Counted from the first letter of the stretch, positions 18,470-28,234 are shown. The stretch: 64,000 bases of DNA from Candidatus Palauibacter soopunensis (GCF_947581735.1 NZ_CANPVT010000024.1:52243-116242), one strand, 5' to 3'. A program made the numbers and translations. The notes: a model not told the origin generated them from the letters alone.

Positions 18470-19339
18470 TTAGGGGACGGACGGAGCCTCGTCAAACCGT
18501 TTGGGACCATCCGGCCGATCCGCGGACTCCGCGTCGAGATCGGCGCCGGGGCGGCTCAGTTCGGGCGCCGGGACGTCGGCGGCCAGGTGGTCCCGGAGCT
18601 GGTGCGCCGCGAGGTTCCGGCGCAGGACGCCGCGACGGGCGAGCGAAATCTGGCTTGTCTCCTCGGACACCACGACAACGTACGCGTCGGTCTCCTCGGA
18701 AAGGCCGAGCGTGGCGCGGTGCCGGGTCCCCAGCGTCCGGTCGCTGAGGGGATACTGCGTGAGCGGGAGATGGACGCCGGCGGCGACGATCTGCCCGTCG
18801 CGCACGACGACCGCCCCATCGTGGAGGGGCGACTTGGGCGTGAACAGAGACACGAGCAGGCTGGACGACACGTCGGCCCGGAGGCGCGTCCCCGTCTTCT
18901 CTATATACTCTTCGAGAGACAGTTCGCGTTCGATCGCGATGATCGCCCCCGTCCGGGTGCGGGACAGTTCGGCGGCCGCCTTCGCGATCTCATCCGCGAC
19001 CGCCTCGCTCCGCTCCTGCAGGCGCGTGAGCGCGCTCAGCACGCGGCTGCGGCCGAGCCGGGCGAGCGCGTTCCGCAGTTCGGGGTGAAAGACGACGATG
19101 AGCGCGAAGGCGCCGTAGGTGAAGGCCTGCGAGAGAATCGACCGGATGAGGTCGAGGCTCAGCCAGCCCGCCGCCGCGTATACCGCCGCGAGCAGGACGA
19201 GGCCGAACAGCATCTGGAACGCCCTCGTGCCGGACCAGAGGATGAGCACCCGGTAGATGAGGACCGCGACGACGGTGATCTCGAAGACGTCCAGAAGATC
19301 GATCTGAAGGAGGCCCAGGTAGTTCCAGAAGGCATCCAT
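18470..19339 (-). CDS. cdaA: Diadenylate cyclase CdaA (membrane-anchored DAC domain)
   Basis: Three N-terminal TM helices followed by GAIIAIE, PLHDGAVVV, LGTRHRATLGLSEETDAYVVVVSEETSQISLA. Confidence 0.85.
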   Translation of the reverse strand: MDAFWNYLGLLQIDLLDVFEITVVAVLIYRVLILWSGTRAFQMLFGLVLLAAVYAAAGWLSLDLIRSILSQAFTYGAFALIVVFHPELRNALARLGRSRVLSALTRLQERSEAVADEIAKAAAELSRTRTGAIIAIERELSLEEYIEKTGTRLRADVSSSLLVSLFTPKSPLHDGAVVVRDGQIVAAGVHLPLTQYPLSDRTLGTRHRATLGLSEETDAYVVVVSEETSQISLARRGVLRRNLAAHQLRDHLAADVPAPELSRPGADLDAESADRPDGPKRFDEAPSVP

Positions 19340-20256
19340 CAGTTGCGGCCTCCAGCCGCGCGCGGACGGGCGGACGGACGGGCGCCGCGAACGTCGCCGG
19401 CGCGACGGGCATCGATCGCTCCCTCGACGTCGAGCGCCTGACGCATTTCACGCACATCGTGCACGCGGAGCACATCGGCGCCGCGCCGCGCCGCGGCCAG
19501 ACACGCCGTGACGGAGGCGGTCACGCGCTCGGCCGGCCCCACATCGAGCAGCGCTCCGAGAAAGGACTTGCGCGACGGGCCGACCCACACCGCCGCTCCG
19601 AGCGATGCGATCTCGTCGAGCCGCGCCAGCAGCTCGAGATTGCCGCCCAGGGACTTGCCGAAGCCGATCCCCGGGTCGACCGCGATCTGATCCGGCTCGC
19701 AGCCGGCCTCGAGCGCCGTCCGCCGGGCCTCGGCGAGGGCGCCGCGGACCTCCGCCGCGACGTCGCCGTAGGCGGTGTCGAGCTGCATGGTGCGTGGCGT
19801 GCCGCGCATGTGCATGAGAACGAGCCCGACGCCCGTCCGGGCCGCGAGCCTCGCCAACGCCGGATCGGCGCGCAGGGCCGTCACGTCGTTGATCGCCGCG
19901 GCGCCCGCGTCCACCGCCCGCTCCGCCACCTCGAGCTTGTGCGTATCCACGGAAACGGGGATCGGGAGGTCACGCAGTCCGCGGAGTACCGGTTCGAGCC
20001 TGGCCCACTCCTCGTCCGCCGGCACCGGATCGGCGCCGGGGCGGGTGGACTCGGCTCCGATATCGAGGATCGCCGCTCCCTCTTCCGCGATTTGCCGGCC
20101 TCTCGCAATCGCCTTCCGAGGCTGCTCGAACCGGCCGCCATCCGAAAACGAATCGGGCGTGACGTTCAGGATCCCCGCGATCACGGGTGATTTCAGAGAG
20201 ATCTCGCGATCGCCTGTCCGCCAGGTGCGCGCCGGCCCGACCGTCGAGAGCCCCAT
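19339..20256 (-). CDS. folP: Dihydropteroate synthase
   Basis: IAGILNVTPDSFSDGG, ILDIGAESTRPG and DPGIGFGK are present. Confidence 0.9.
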   Translation of the reverse strand: MGLSTVGPARTWRTGDREISLKSPVIAGILNVTPDSFSDGGRFEQPRKAIARGRQIAEEGAAILDIGAESTRPGADPVPADEEWARLEPVLRGLRDLPIPVSVDTHKLEVAERAVDAGAAAINDVTALRADPALARLAARTGVGLVLMHMRGTPRTMQLDTAYGDVAAEVRGALAEARRTALEAGCEPDQIAVDPGIGFGKSLGGNLELLARLDEIASLGAAVWVGPSRKSFLGALLDVGPAERVTASVTACLAAARRGADVLRVHDVREMRQALDVEGAIDARRAGDVRGARPSARPRAAGGRN

Positions 20257-20271
20257 CCGCGCGCCGGGCTG

Positions 20272-22272
20272 CTAAGCCGGAGCCGGGGCGGGCTCGCCGC
20301 CCGCACCCTCCAGGGGACGCTCGCGCTGCGGCGCCGGTTCGATGGCCGCCGGCTGCGGCGCCGGCGGGGCGGGTTCCGACACCAAGGCCGGCAACTCCTT
20401 GCCCTCCTCGAGCAGCTTGATGTCTTCCGAATCCAGCGTTTCCCGCTCCAGCAGCGCCTCCGCGATCGCCTCGAGCAGCGCCTGATTCTCGTCGAGGACG
20501 ACTCGCGTGGCGTCATACGATTCATCGAGGATGCGCTTGATCTCGCCGTCCACGAGTTCGGCCGTCTTCTCGCTGACCTCGCGGCGTTGAGAGAGGTCCC
20601 GGCCCAGAAAGACTTCCTGTTCCCGGTCCCCCACCGACATCGCGCCCACGGCCGGCGACATCCCGAACTGCGTGACCATGCGGCGCGCGAGATCCGTCGC
20701 GCGCTCAATGTCGTTGCCCGCGCCGGTCGTGATCTTGCCGTCGCCGAACATCGTTTCTTCGGCCACGCGCCCGCCGAACAGCATCTTGAGCTGGCCCTCG
20801 AGCCACTCCTTGGTGTAGTTGTGGCGGTCCTCCTCGGGGAGCGAGGCCGTGATGCCGAGGGCACGTCCGCGCGGGACGATCGTCACCTTGTGGAGCGGGT
20901 CCAGGCCCGGGACGCGGAGGGCAACCACGGCATGCCCCGCCTCGTGGTAGGCCGTGACCCGGCGCTCTTCCTCGGAGATCACCATGCTCCGGCGCTCGGT
21001 GCCGAGCATGACCTTGTCCTTGGCCCGCTCGAACTCCTCCATGTAGACGCGATCCTTGTCGTCCCGCGCCGCGATGAGCGCGGCCTCGTTGACGACGTTC
21101 TCGATATCCGCGCCGGAGAGCCCCGGAGTCCCCTTCGCCAGCACCGCGAGGTCGACATCGTCGGCAAGCGGGATGTCCTGCGTGTGCACCTGGAAGATGC
21201 CCTCGCGCCCCTTGATATCGGGATTGTCGACGACGATCTGGCGGTCGAAGCGACCCGGACGCAGGAGCGCGGGATCGAGCACATCGGGCCGGTTCGTCGC
21301 CGCGAGGAGGATCACCCCTTCGTTCGATTCGAACCCGTCCATTTCCACGAGCAGCTGGTTGAGGGTCTGTTCCCGCTCGTCGTGCCCGCCCCCGAGACCG
21401 GCCCCCCGGTGGCGCCCGACCGCGTCGATCTCATCGATGAAGATGATGCAGGGCGCCTGGGCCTTCCCCTGCTCGAAGAGGTCGCGCACGCGGGAAGCGC
21501 CCACGCCGACGAACATCTCCACGAAGTCGGAGCCGGACATCGAGAAGAACGGTCGTCCGGCCTCCCCGGCCACGGCTCTCGCGAGGAGCGTTTTTCCGGT
21601 CCCCGGCGGCCCGACGAGGAGCGCGCCCTTCGGCAGGCGCCCCCCCAGGCGCGAGAACTTCCGCGGATCCTTGAGGAACTCGATGATCTCCTGCAGTTCG
21701 TCCTTCGCTTCATCGCACCCCGCGACGTCGGCGAAGGTGATCTTCGGCGTGTCTCCGCTCAGGAGTCGGGCCTTCGACTTCCCGAAACTGAACGCCCGCG
21801 ACCCTCCGGCCTGCATCTGCCGGATGACGAACAGCCAGAGCCCGATGATGAAGATCCAGGGAAGGATCGAGATGAATACGTTGAGCCAGTTGCTCCGCGC
21901 GGGAAGCGTCTCGATCGTGATGTCGGCCTCGAGGAGTTCGCTCATGAGCGCGTCGCTGATCTCCCGCGTCGGCAACAGGAGATGGAAGTTCGCGATTTCC
22001 GCCTCGTCGACGGTGATCGCACTCCTGAGGCTGCCCTCGACCTCGCCGGTGCCGAGGCGCACCTGAATCGACTCGATGTTCCGCTGGGTGATCTGCTGGC
22101 GGAACTGCGTATAGCTCAGCGTCTCCCGGCTCTCCCTGGCGCCCCCCATGAACTGGAGGAGGGCGACGGGAATCAGAATCAGCAGGGCCCAGAACGACGC
22201 CGTCCTGAGCCAGCGATGCATGCGGCCCGAAGGGTCGCTGCCGTCCGGCCTCTGCGGCTGGTCTTGTCTCAT
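20272..22272 (-). CDS. ftsH: ATP-dependent zinc metalloprotease FtsH
   Basis: 666 aa with two N-terminal TM helices. Walker [25 protein letters not shown], the SRH region, and the HEAGHAV zinc site. Confidence 0.97.
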   Translation of the reverse strand: MRQDQPQRPDGSDPSGRMHRWLRTASFWALLILIPVALLQFMGGARESRETLSYTQFRQQITQRNIESIQVRLGTGEVEGSLRSAITVDEAEIANFHLLLPTREISDALMSELLEADITIETLPARSNWLNVFISILPWIFIIGLWLFVIRQMQAGGSRAFSFGKSKARLLSGDTPKITFADVAGCDEAKDELQEIIEFLKDPRKFSRLGGRLPKGALLVGPPGTGKTLLARAVAGEAGRPFFSMSGSDFVEMFVGVGASRVRDLFEQGKAQAPCIIFIDEIDAVGRHRGAGLGGGHDEREQTLNQLLVEMDGFESNEGVILLAATNRPDVLDPALLRPGRFDRQIVVDNPDIKGREGIFQVHTQDIPLADDVDLAVLAKGTPGLSGADIENVVNEAALIAARDDKDRVYMEEFERAKDKVMLGTERRSMVISEEERRVTAYHEAGHAVVALRVPGLDPLHKVTIVPRGRALGITASLPEEDRHNYTKEWLEGQLKMLFGGRVAEETMFGDGKITTGAGNDIERATDLARRMVTQFGMSPAVGAMSVGDREQEVFLGRDLSQRREVSEKTAELVDGEIKRILDESYDATRVVLDENQALLEAIAEALLERETLDSEDIKLLEEGKELPALVSEPAPPAPQPAAIEPAPQRERPLEGAGGEPAPAPA

Positions 22273-22333
22273 TTTTATCTATTCCGGCCTGTTCCGGCTC
22301 CGATGTCTCGCCTGCGGCTGTCTCGCGTACGGC

Positions 22334-22897
22334 TCACGTACGAAGAGACGCGATAAACGGAAGGTGACGAAAATCCTCCGCCTGATCCAATCCATACCCC
22401 ACAAGGAACTCATTTGGTGCATCGAAGCCAACCCACCGCGGCTCCCACTCGAGATCCGGCGCGATGCGCTTGTGGAGGAGCGCGCAGATCTCGAGAGAAG
22501 CGGGACCTCGCTCGACGATCCCGCCGCACAACTGATTCAACGTGGTGCCGCTGTCGACGATGTCTTCGACGATGATGATGTGCCGGCCGGCCATCGGAGC
22601 CCGCGGATCGTAGAGCAGTTCCACGATGCCCGAACTCTTCGTGCCCTTGCCATAGCTCGACGCGACGAGGAAGTCGACCTGCAGCGGACGCCGGATCTGA
22701 CGGACCAGGTCGCCGAGGAACACGAACGAGCCCTTGAGCAGGCCCAGCAGCAGTACATCGGCGTCCCGCGGGTATGCGGCGGCGATATCCGCACCCATGC
22801 GGGCGACGCGGTCCGCGATCTCCGCTGCGGAGTAGACGATGTGCTCGAGGGCCTCGCTCCCGGTGTACGCCGTGAACTCACGTTCCGCGGCGTTCAT
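22334..22897 (-). CDS. hpt: Hypoxanthine phosphoribosyltransferase
   Basis: PRPP motif IIIVEDIVDSGTTL and GFDAPNEFLVGYGLD. I prefer the ATG at 22897 to the TTG at 22927. Confidence 0.9.
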   Translation of the reverse strand: MNAAEREFTAYTGSEALEHIVYSAAEIADRVARMGADIAAAYPRDADVLLLGLLKGSFVFLGDLVRQIRRPLQVDFLVASSYGKGTKSSGIVELLYDPRAPMAGRHIIIVEDIVDSGTTLNQLCGGIVERGPASLEICALLHKRIAPDLEWEPRWVGFDAPNEFLVGYGLDQAEDFRHLPFIASLRT

Positions 22898-24323
22898 CGT
22901 GCCGATCCCGGCGCTTTGTGAATCCAATGGCGAACCACGCTCCTCCGGGGTCGGCCGGCTCCACCGCCGCCCGGGAGTGTCCGGCTACCCACAGCACTCT
23001 CCGGTCGGCGTCCACGACGACCGGCACGCCTGAACGATTCGAGGCCGGCACGCGGCGCTCCATCAGGAGCTTCGCGACCTTTCGCGACCCGGCCCGCGTG
23101 CGGATCCGGTCTCCGGGTCGCGGCCCCCGTACACGGATCGGAAATCGGACCCGGTCAACTGGGAAAGAGGTCGCCCAGCGTTCCGTGCCTTCGAGGGCGC
23201 TCCAGCACACCTCCCAGGCGCTCCCGCCGAGGCGGATCGGCCCCCGACCCGCCCGCCGCGCCCGCGCTCGATCAATGTCGAGTTCGCGGTCGAGCGGCAC
23301 CTCTCGCGCGCACCGTACGTGAATCCGGTCGAACTCCCGCTCGACCCGCAGGCCCGCCGCGATGTCCACCCCGCGACCGCTCTCCCCCGTGTCTACGAAG
23401 GATGCGCCCACGTGGGTTCCGCGCCGGGACAGCTGGAAGCCCATGTCCCGGGCGAGCTGCCGCAACATGCGCCCGCGAGCCGCCCGATCATACCCCAGCA
23501 GTCGGGACCGGGCAATTTGCGCTCCGTCGGCGCTTTCCCGGTATCCCGCGGCGGAGAGGAACCGCCTGGCGCCCGCTTCCAGCCCGCCTTCGGCCACGAG
23601 GGCATTCCGTCCGAGTTCCGCCAGCAGCCGGCGGACGGACGGCTCCTCATCGGCCAGCGCCGGCAGCAGCCCGTACCGCACCCGCGAGCGCCGGTAACGA
23701 GGATTCCGGTTCGCGGGGTCCTTCACCCACTCCCGTCCGGTGGCCCGCAGATAGCTTCTCAGGTCGGCGCGCGCGAAGCCGAGCAGCGGACGCACGAAGG
23801 CGCCGCGGCGCACCGGGATGCCGGCCAGCCCGCGAAAGCCGGGGCCGCGCAGGAGGTGCAGCAACACCGTCTCCACGTGGTCATCGCGCTGGTGGGCGAG
23901 GGCAACGCGATCCGCCCCGGCCCGACGCCGTGCCTCGGCCAGGAAGGCATATCGGGCCGCCCGCCACTCCGCAGGGCCGCCCGTGAGTCCGTTCGCGCGG
24001 CCCACGTCGCACGGCACTTCGGCCTGGCGGCAGAGTTCCGCCGCTCTCGCGGCCCATGCGGCGCTGTCCGGCTGAATGCCATGGTCGAAATGGGCCGCGC
24101 TCAGCTTCAGCGGCCAGGACTCGCCAAGCGCGCGGAGGAGATGCAGGAGCGCGAGCGAGTCCGATCCGCCGGAAAAGGCCACGAGGACGCACGAGCCTCG
24201 CGGCAGAAGCTCCGGAGCCGCCCGGAGCACACCCCGCAGGCGCGCCGCCACGCCGGCGCCCGCGGCTGACGGGGCTTCAGCGCGGAGCGTCAGGACTCTC
24301 CGGGAGGGGGGCGGTCGCGCCAC
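22878..24323 (-). CDS. tilS: tRNA(Ile)-lysidine synthetase
   Basis: PP-loop VAFSGGSDSLALLHLL. The start is uncertain: GTG at 24323, or an internal GTG near 24251. Confidence 0.85.
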   Translation of the reverse strand: MARPPPSRRVLTLRAEAPSAAGAGVAARLRGVLRAAPELLPRGSCVLVAFSGGSDSLALLHLLRALGESWPLKLSAAHFDHGIQPDSAAWAARAAELCRQAEVPCDVGRANGLTGGPAEWRAARYAFLAEARRRAGADRVALAHQRDDHVETVLLHLLRGPGFRGLAGIPVRRGAFVRPLLGFARADLRSYLRATGREWVKDPANRNPRYRRSRVRYGLLPALADEEPSVRRLLAELGRNALVAEGGLEAGARRFLSAAGYRESADGAQIARSRLLGYDRAARGRMLRQLARDMGFQLSRRGTHVGASFVDTGESGRGVDIAAGLRVEREFDRIHVRCAREVPLDRELDIDRARARRAGRGPIRLGGSAWEVCWSALEGTERWATSFPVDRVRFPIRVRGPRPGDRIRTRAGSRKVAKLLMERRVPASNRSGVPVVVDADRRVLWVAGHSRAAVEPADPGGAWFAIGFTKRRDRHDERRGT

Positions 24324-24541
24324 GCCGCCGGGCCACGGCGGAAGTCCAGTTGCTCGGCCACGGAGACGCCGAACTTCGGTCGCGCCGGCAACTCCCCGAA
24401 CGCGATCTCGCGCGGGGCGCCGGGAGAGGGATCCTCGGCGGCGGTCCCGGATCGGCCGAGCTTGCGCCCGTGCTCCCAGACGCGATCCCGCCCGGTGACG
24501 TATGCGCGCAGCGCGCCCGCGACGCTCTTCGATCCGTTCAA
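24290..24541 (-). CDS. Hypothetical small protein (83 aa), speculative
   Basis: The TTG start forms TTGA with the frr stop. By my codon-by-codon read, third positions are overwhelmingly G/C as in true genes here. No recognisable motif. Confidence 0.25.
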   Translation of the reverse strand: MNGSKSVAGALRAYVTGRDRVWEHGRKLGRSGTAAEDPSPGAPREIAFGELPARPKFGVSVAEQLDFRRGPAAWRDRPPPGES

Positions 24542-25095
24542 ACCTCCATCACCTCCGCTTCCCTGCGCGCGAGCATCGCGTCGATCTTCCCGACGTATTC
24601 GTCGGTATGCGTCTGAACTTCGGTCATCGTGCGGCGGGCGATGTCTTCACCGACTTCCCCGTCCCGCTGCATCTTGAGAAGTCGGTCGCGCGCTTCGTGT
24701 CTCGCGTGCCGAATCGACACCCGCCCCTCCTCCGCCATGCGGTGGAGGATCTTGACGAGGTCGCGCCGGCGCTCCTCGGTCAGCGGTGGAATGGGCACCC
24801 GGACGACGGCGCCGTCCACGGAAGGGTTGAGCCCCAGGTCGCCGCTCTGGATCGCGCGCGCGACATCGCGGGCGATGTTCGGGTCGTACGGCTGTACGAG
24901 AAGCATGGTCGGCTCGGGGGCGCTGACGTTCGCCACCTGCCGCAGTTGCACGATCGAGCCGTACGCCTCGACCCTCACGCCGTCGAGGATCGCGGTCGTC
25001 GCCTTGCCCGTACGAACGGTGGCGAATTCGCGCGCGATCGCCTCGATCGCGCTTTCCATCGCCAGGACCGCATTCTCCAGCGTCTCCTCCGGCAC
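24538..25095 (-). CDS. frr: Ribosome recycling factor
   Basis: 185 aa. FATVRTGKATTAILDGVRVEAYGS and PIPPLTEERRRDLVK. GTG start with GGAGGGG upstream. Confidence 0.95.
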   Translation of the reverse strand: MPEETLENAVLAMESAIEAIAREFATVRTGKATTAILDGVRVEAYGSIVQLRQVANVSAPEPTMLLVQPYDPNIARDVARAIQSGDLGLNPSVDGAVVRVPIPPLTEERRRDLVKILHRMAEEGRVSIRHARHEARDRLLKMQRDGEVGEDIARRTMTEVQTHTDEYVGKIDAMLARREAEVMEV

Positions 25096-25117
25096 CGTCC
25101 CCTCCGATCGTGGCTAC

Positions 25118-25861
25118 CTACCCGACGAGCGTCCCGATCCTCTCGCCTTGCAACGCTGCCAGGATTGCACCCGGCCGCTTGATGTTCAAGACGACGATGG
25201 GCAGCGCGTTTTCCTTGCACAGGGAGATCGCCGCCGCGTCCATGACGGCGAGTTCACGCGTCATCACCTCGAGATAGCCGATCTCGTCGATGAGCGAGGC
25301 CTCCGGGTCGGTCTCCGGATCCGCGGTGTACACGCCGTCGACCCGCGTCGCCTTCATGATCACGTCGGCTTCCATCTCGATCGCCCGGAGCACGGCCGCC
25401 GTATCGGTGGAAAAATACGGGTTTCCCGTACCTCCGGCGAAGATCACGACCCTTCTCTTCTCGAGATGGCGCAGCGCGCGACGCCGGATGTAGGGCTCCG
25501 CGAGTTCTTCCATCCGGATGGCGGACATGACCCGCGTCTCCACGCCGGACTGTTCGAGCATGTCCTGCAGCGCCATCGCGTTGATCACGGTCGCGAGCAT
25601 GCCCATGTAATCCGCGCTCACGCGATCCATGCCGCGCTCGCTCGCGACCGTGCCGCGCATGATGTTCCCGCCGCCCACGACGAGTCCCAGGCTCACGCCG
25701 CTCTGGTGGACGCGACGGATTTCACGCGTGAGTTCCTCGATGACCGGCGGGTCGATGCCGAACCCGCGATTCCCGGCGAGCGACTCGCCGGAGAGCTTCA
25801 CGAGGGCGCGGCGATACTTCAGGTCGCCCGCGTCCCCGGGAATCCGGCCCGCGGAACTCAG
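25118..25861 (-). CDS. pyrH: UMP kinase
   Basis: [26 protein letters not shown] and [22 protein letters not shown]. The start is unresolved: CTG 25861, ATT 25843 or GTG 25801 (see findings). The track 562-aa ORF is a read-through of the tsf antisense-free frame. Confidence 0.9.
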   Translation of the reverse strand: MSSAGRIPGDAGDLKYRRALVKLSGESLAGNRGFGIDPPVIEELTREIRRVHQSGVSLGLVVGGGNIMRGTVASERGMDRVSADYMGMLATVINAMALQDMLEQSGVETRVMSAIRMEELAEPYIRRRALRHLEKRRVVIFAGGTGNPYFSTDTAAVLRAIEMEADVIMKATRVDGVYTADPETDPEASLIDEIGYLEVMTRELAVMDAAAISLCKENALPIVVLNIKRPGAILAALQGERIGTLVG

Positions 25862-26706
25862 CCGCCCACCTCGAAGCGGACGAACCGCCGAACCGCCAGA
25901 TCCTGCCCCGCGTTGCGCAGGACGTCCTTCACCGTCAGGTCCGGATCCCGCACGTAGGCCTGCCAGAGGAGCGCGTTCTCCTCGTAGAACTTGCGCATGC
26001 GGCCCTCCACGATCTTCTCCGTGATCGAGGCCGGCTTGCCCTGCTCCAGCGCCTGTTCGGTCAGCAGCTTGCGCTCGCGTTCGACCTCCGCCTCCGGAAT
26101 GTCGTCCGGCGACACGCCCCGGGGGTTCGTGGCCGCGGCGTGCATCGCGATCCCGCGCGCCGCCTCCAGCGCCGCCTCGCCGGAGTCCGAGACCTCCACC
26201 AGCACGCCGATGCGATTCCCGAAGTGGACGTAGGACGCGAAGGCCCCGTCCGCGCCGAGATCGAAGCGCACCGCGCGTCCGACCTGGACGTTCTCCCCGA
26301 CCTGCACCCGCAGCTCGTTGAGGTGGCTCTCGACCGCCTCTCCCCCCTCGAGCTGGAGCAGCGCCGCGCCCTGGACGGTCTCCCCATCCTGCACCGGGAG
26401 GTCGAACAGCCGGTCCGCCAGCTCCCGCGAGAAATCCTCGAACGCCTCGCTGCGCGCGACGAAGTCGGTTTCGCTCAGCACCTCGACCATCGAGGCGGCG
26501 CCGTCGCGCAGGGCGATGCGGATCGTGCCTTCCGACACCGTGCGCGCCTCGCGCTTCGCCGCCTTCGCCGCGCCCGCCTTCCTGAGCAGGTCGATGGCCC
26601 GCTCCGTATCTCCCTCCGATTCGATGAGCGCGCGCTTGCAGTCCATCATCCCGGCGCCTGTCCGGTCGCGGAGAGCCTTCACCGCCCCGGCCGTGATCTG
26701 CGTCAT
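25858..26706 (-). CDS. tsf: Elongation factor Ts
   Basis: [27 protein letters not shown] is the canonical EF-Ts N-terminus. The ATG at 26706 has AAGGAG about 11 nt upstream. Confidence 0.95.
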   Translation of the reverse strand: MTQITAGAVKALRDRTGAGMMDCKRALIESEGDTERAIDLLRKAGAAKAAKREARTVSEGTIRIALRDGAASMVEVLSETDFVARSEAFEDFSRELADRLFDLPVQDGETVQGAALLQLEGGEAVESHLNELRVQVGENVQVGRAVRFDLGADGAFASYVHFGNRIGVLVEVSDSGEAALEAARGIAMHAAATNPRGVSPDDIPEAEVERERKLLTEQALEQGKPASITEKIVEGRMRKFYEENALLWQAYVRDPDLTVKDVLRNAGQDLAVRRFVRFEVGG

Positions 26707-26726
26707 GGTCTCCATGTCTCCTTCCC

Positions 26727-26753
26727 AAAAAAAAGGGCCACCGAAGTGGCCCC
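26727..26753 (-). terminator. Intrinsic terminator/attenuator between rpsB and tsf
   Basis: Reverse strand: GGGCCAC-TTCG-GTGGCCC (7-bp GC stem, UUCG loop) followed immediately by TTTTTTTT. It starts 6 nt after the rpsB stop and ends before the tsf SD. Confidence 0.8.
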
Positions 26754-26759
26754 TTGCGG

Positions 26760-27815
26760 TCACTTCTCTTCCGACTCCACCTCTCCGACGACTGCCGCTT
26801 CGGCATCCTCCGATCCGGCGTCCGCCGCGGGCTCCGGGTTCTCGTCCGCCGCGGGCTCCGGGTTGTCGGCCACCTCGGCCTCCGCCGCGGGCTCGGGATT
26901 GTCGGCTACTTCGGCATCGCTCTCGGCAGCCTTCGCATCGCTCTCGGCCGGCTCGGCTTCCCCGTCGGCGCCCTCTATCACGGCCGGGTGGTGCAGCCGC
27001 TGAGCGATGACCTCCGGACGCGGCTTTCGCCTCGGCCTGCGGCGGCGCGAACTGCCGGCAGCGTCGGCGACCCCGCCGGCGTCGCTCGAATACGTGTACG
27101 CCTGCGACTCGGCCTCTTCCCGTCCCGCCTCCGGAATCTCGCGCCGCGACGCCTCCACGACATCGGCGACCGAGCGCGTGATCAACGAGACGGAGCGAAT
27201 CGCGTCATCGTTGCCCGCGATGGCGATCGTGAGGAGATCGGGGTCCGCATTCGTGTCCGCGATCGCGACGACCGGGATGCCGAGGCGGTTCGCCTCGCGC
27301 ACCGCGATGTCCTCGCGGGTCGAATCCACGACGAACACGAGCCCGGGCAGCCGCGACATCTCCTTGATGCCGGACAGATAGCGGTCGAGCTTCTGGCGCT
27401 CCCGCTCGAGGAGCAGCCGCTCCTTCTTCGTGTAGAACTCGAACGCCCCCTCCTCGACGCCCCGCTCGAGCTCCTTCAGGCGTGCGATGTTCTTCTTGAT
27501 CGTCTGGAAGTTGGTGAGCATCCCGCCGAGCCACCGTTCCGTGACGTAGAAGGAACCGCACCGCTCGGCCTCTCCCCGCACGACGCGGGCGAGCTGGGGC
27601 TTCGTGCAGACGAAGAGCACGGACTTGCCCCCGACGATCGTCTCGCGCACGAGTTCGTGAGCCCGTTCGAGCTCCCGCTGCGTCTTCTTGAGATCGATAA
27701 GGTAGATTCCGCCGCACTCGGCGAAGATGTATTTCCGCATCTTCGGGTTCCAGCGGTGTGTCTGGTGCCCGAAGTGTACGCCCGCCTTCAAGAGGTCCTG
27801 CAGCTCGACGCCCAT
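26760..27815 (-). CDS. rpsB: 30S ribosomal protein S2 with a long acidic repeat-containing C-terminal extension
   Basis: [19 protein letters not shown] is the S2 signature. At 351 aa the protein is roughly 90-100 aa longer than typical S2. Confidence 0.95.
   Translation of the reverse strand: MGVELQDLLKAGVHFGHQTHRWNPKMRKYIFAECGGIYLIDLKKTQRELERAHELVRETIVGGKSVLFVCTKPQLARVVRGEAERCGSFYVTERWLGGMLTNFQTIKKNIARLKELERGVEEGAFEFYTKKERLLLERERQKLDRYLSGIKEMSRLPGLVFVVDSTREDIAVREANRLGIPVVAIADTNADPDLLTIAIAGNDDAIRSVSLITRSVADVVEASRREIPEAGREEAESQAYTYSSDAGGVADAAGSSRRRRPRRKPRPEVIAQRLHHPAVIEGADGEAEPAESDAKAAESDAEVADNPEPAAEAEVADNPEPAADENPEPAADAGSEDAEAAVVGEVESEEK
26822..26959 (-). repeat. In-frame tandem DNA repeats inside the rpsB 3' region
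   Basis: The unit CCGCCGCGGGCTC(C/G)GG(G/A)TT... recurs at about 26822, 26846 and 26882. A 21-nt unit CGCTCTCGGC... occurs twice at 26918/26939. Together they encode AESDA.. and [10 protein letters not shown].. repeats. Confidence 0.8.
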
Positions 27816-27838
27816 GCGCTCGGCTTTCCGCCTTCCCG

Positions 27839-28234
27839 CTATCGTTTGGAGAACTGGAAGCGCTTGCGCGCCTTGGGACGACCCGGCTTCTTCCGCTCGA
27901 CGATGCGGGGATCGCGGGTCAGCATGCCGTGGGACCGCAGGGTGCGCCGTCGGTCCTCATCCATCGCGAGCAGGGCGCGCGCGATGCCCAGGCGGGTGGC
28001 CTCCGCCTGGCCGGTGATTCCTCCCCCGCGAACCCGGACGGCGATGTCGTACGACGCTCGCGTGCCGGTAACGTCGAGCGGCGCCGCGACGAGCGAACGG
28101 TGCCGCGGGATCGTGAAATACTCTTCGAACGCCCGGCCGTTCACATTCACGACGCCCACGCCACGCTTCATCGTGATGCGGGACACCGACTTCTTCCGAC
28201 GTCCGACCGACTGGACCTGTTCCGTTTCCGCCAA
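27839..28234 (-). CDS. rpsI: 30S ribosomal protein S9
   Basis: GRRKKSVSRITMKRGVGVVNVNG...C-terminal RKRFQFSKR. TTG start with GGGAG upstream. Confidence 0.95.
   Translation of the reverse strand: MAETEQVQSVGRRKKSVSRITMKRGVGVVNVNGRAFEEYFTIPRHRSLVAAPLDVTGTRASYDIAVRVRGGGITGQAEATRLGIARALLAMDEDRRRTLRSHGMLTRDPRIVERKKPGRPKARKRFQFSKR

Noticed and set aside
22273-22333. Direct repeat GCGAGACA x2 and a CCGG..CCGG mini-palindrome in the hpt-ftsH spacer as regulatory elements.
   Set aside because: The motifs are short and the stems are only 4 bp, which is indistinguishable from chance in GC-rich DNA.
25118-26806. 562-aa track ORF that appears to fuse pyrH with upstream sequence.
   Set aside because: Only the last ~240 residues are UMP kinase. 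The upstream part is the +1 frame of tsf (Arg/Gly-rich nonsense). EF-Ts is clearly encoded in its own frame at 25858-26706.
26822-26959. Tandem repeats checked as a possible CRISPR or minisatellite locus (also 59531-59611).
   Set aside because: The repeats are contiguous without spacers, in frame, and lie inside rpsB and the SPOR gene. They encode peptide repeats and are not CRISPR arrays.
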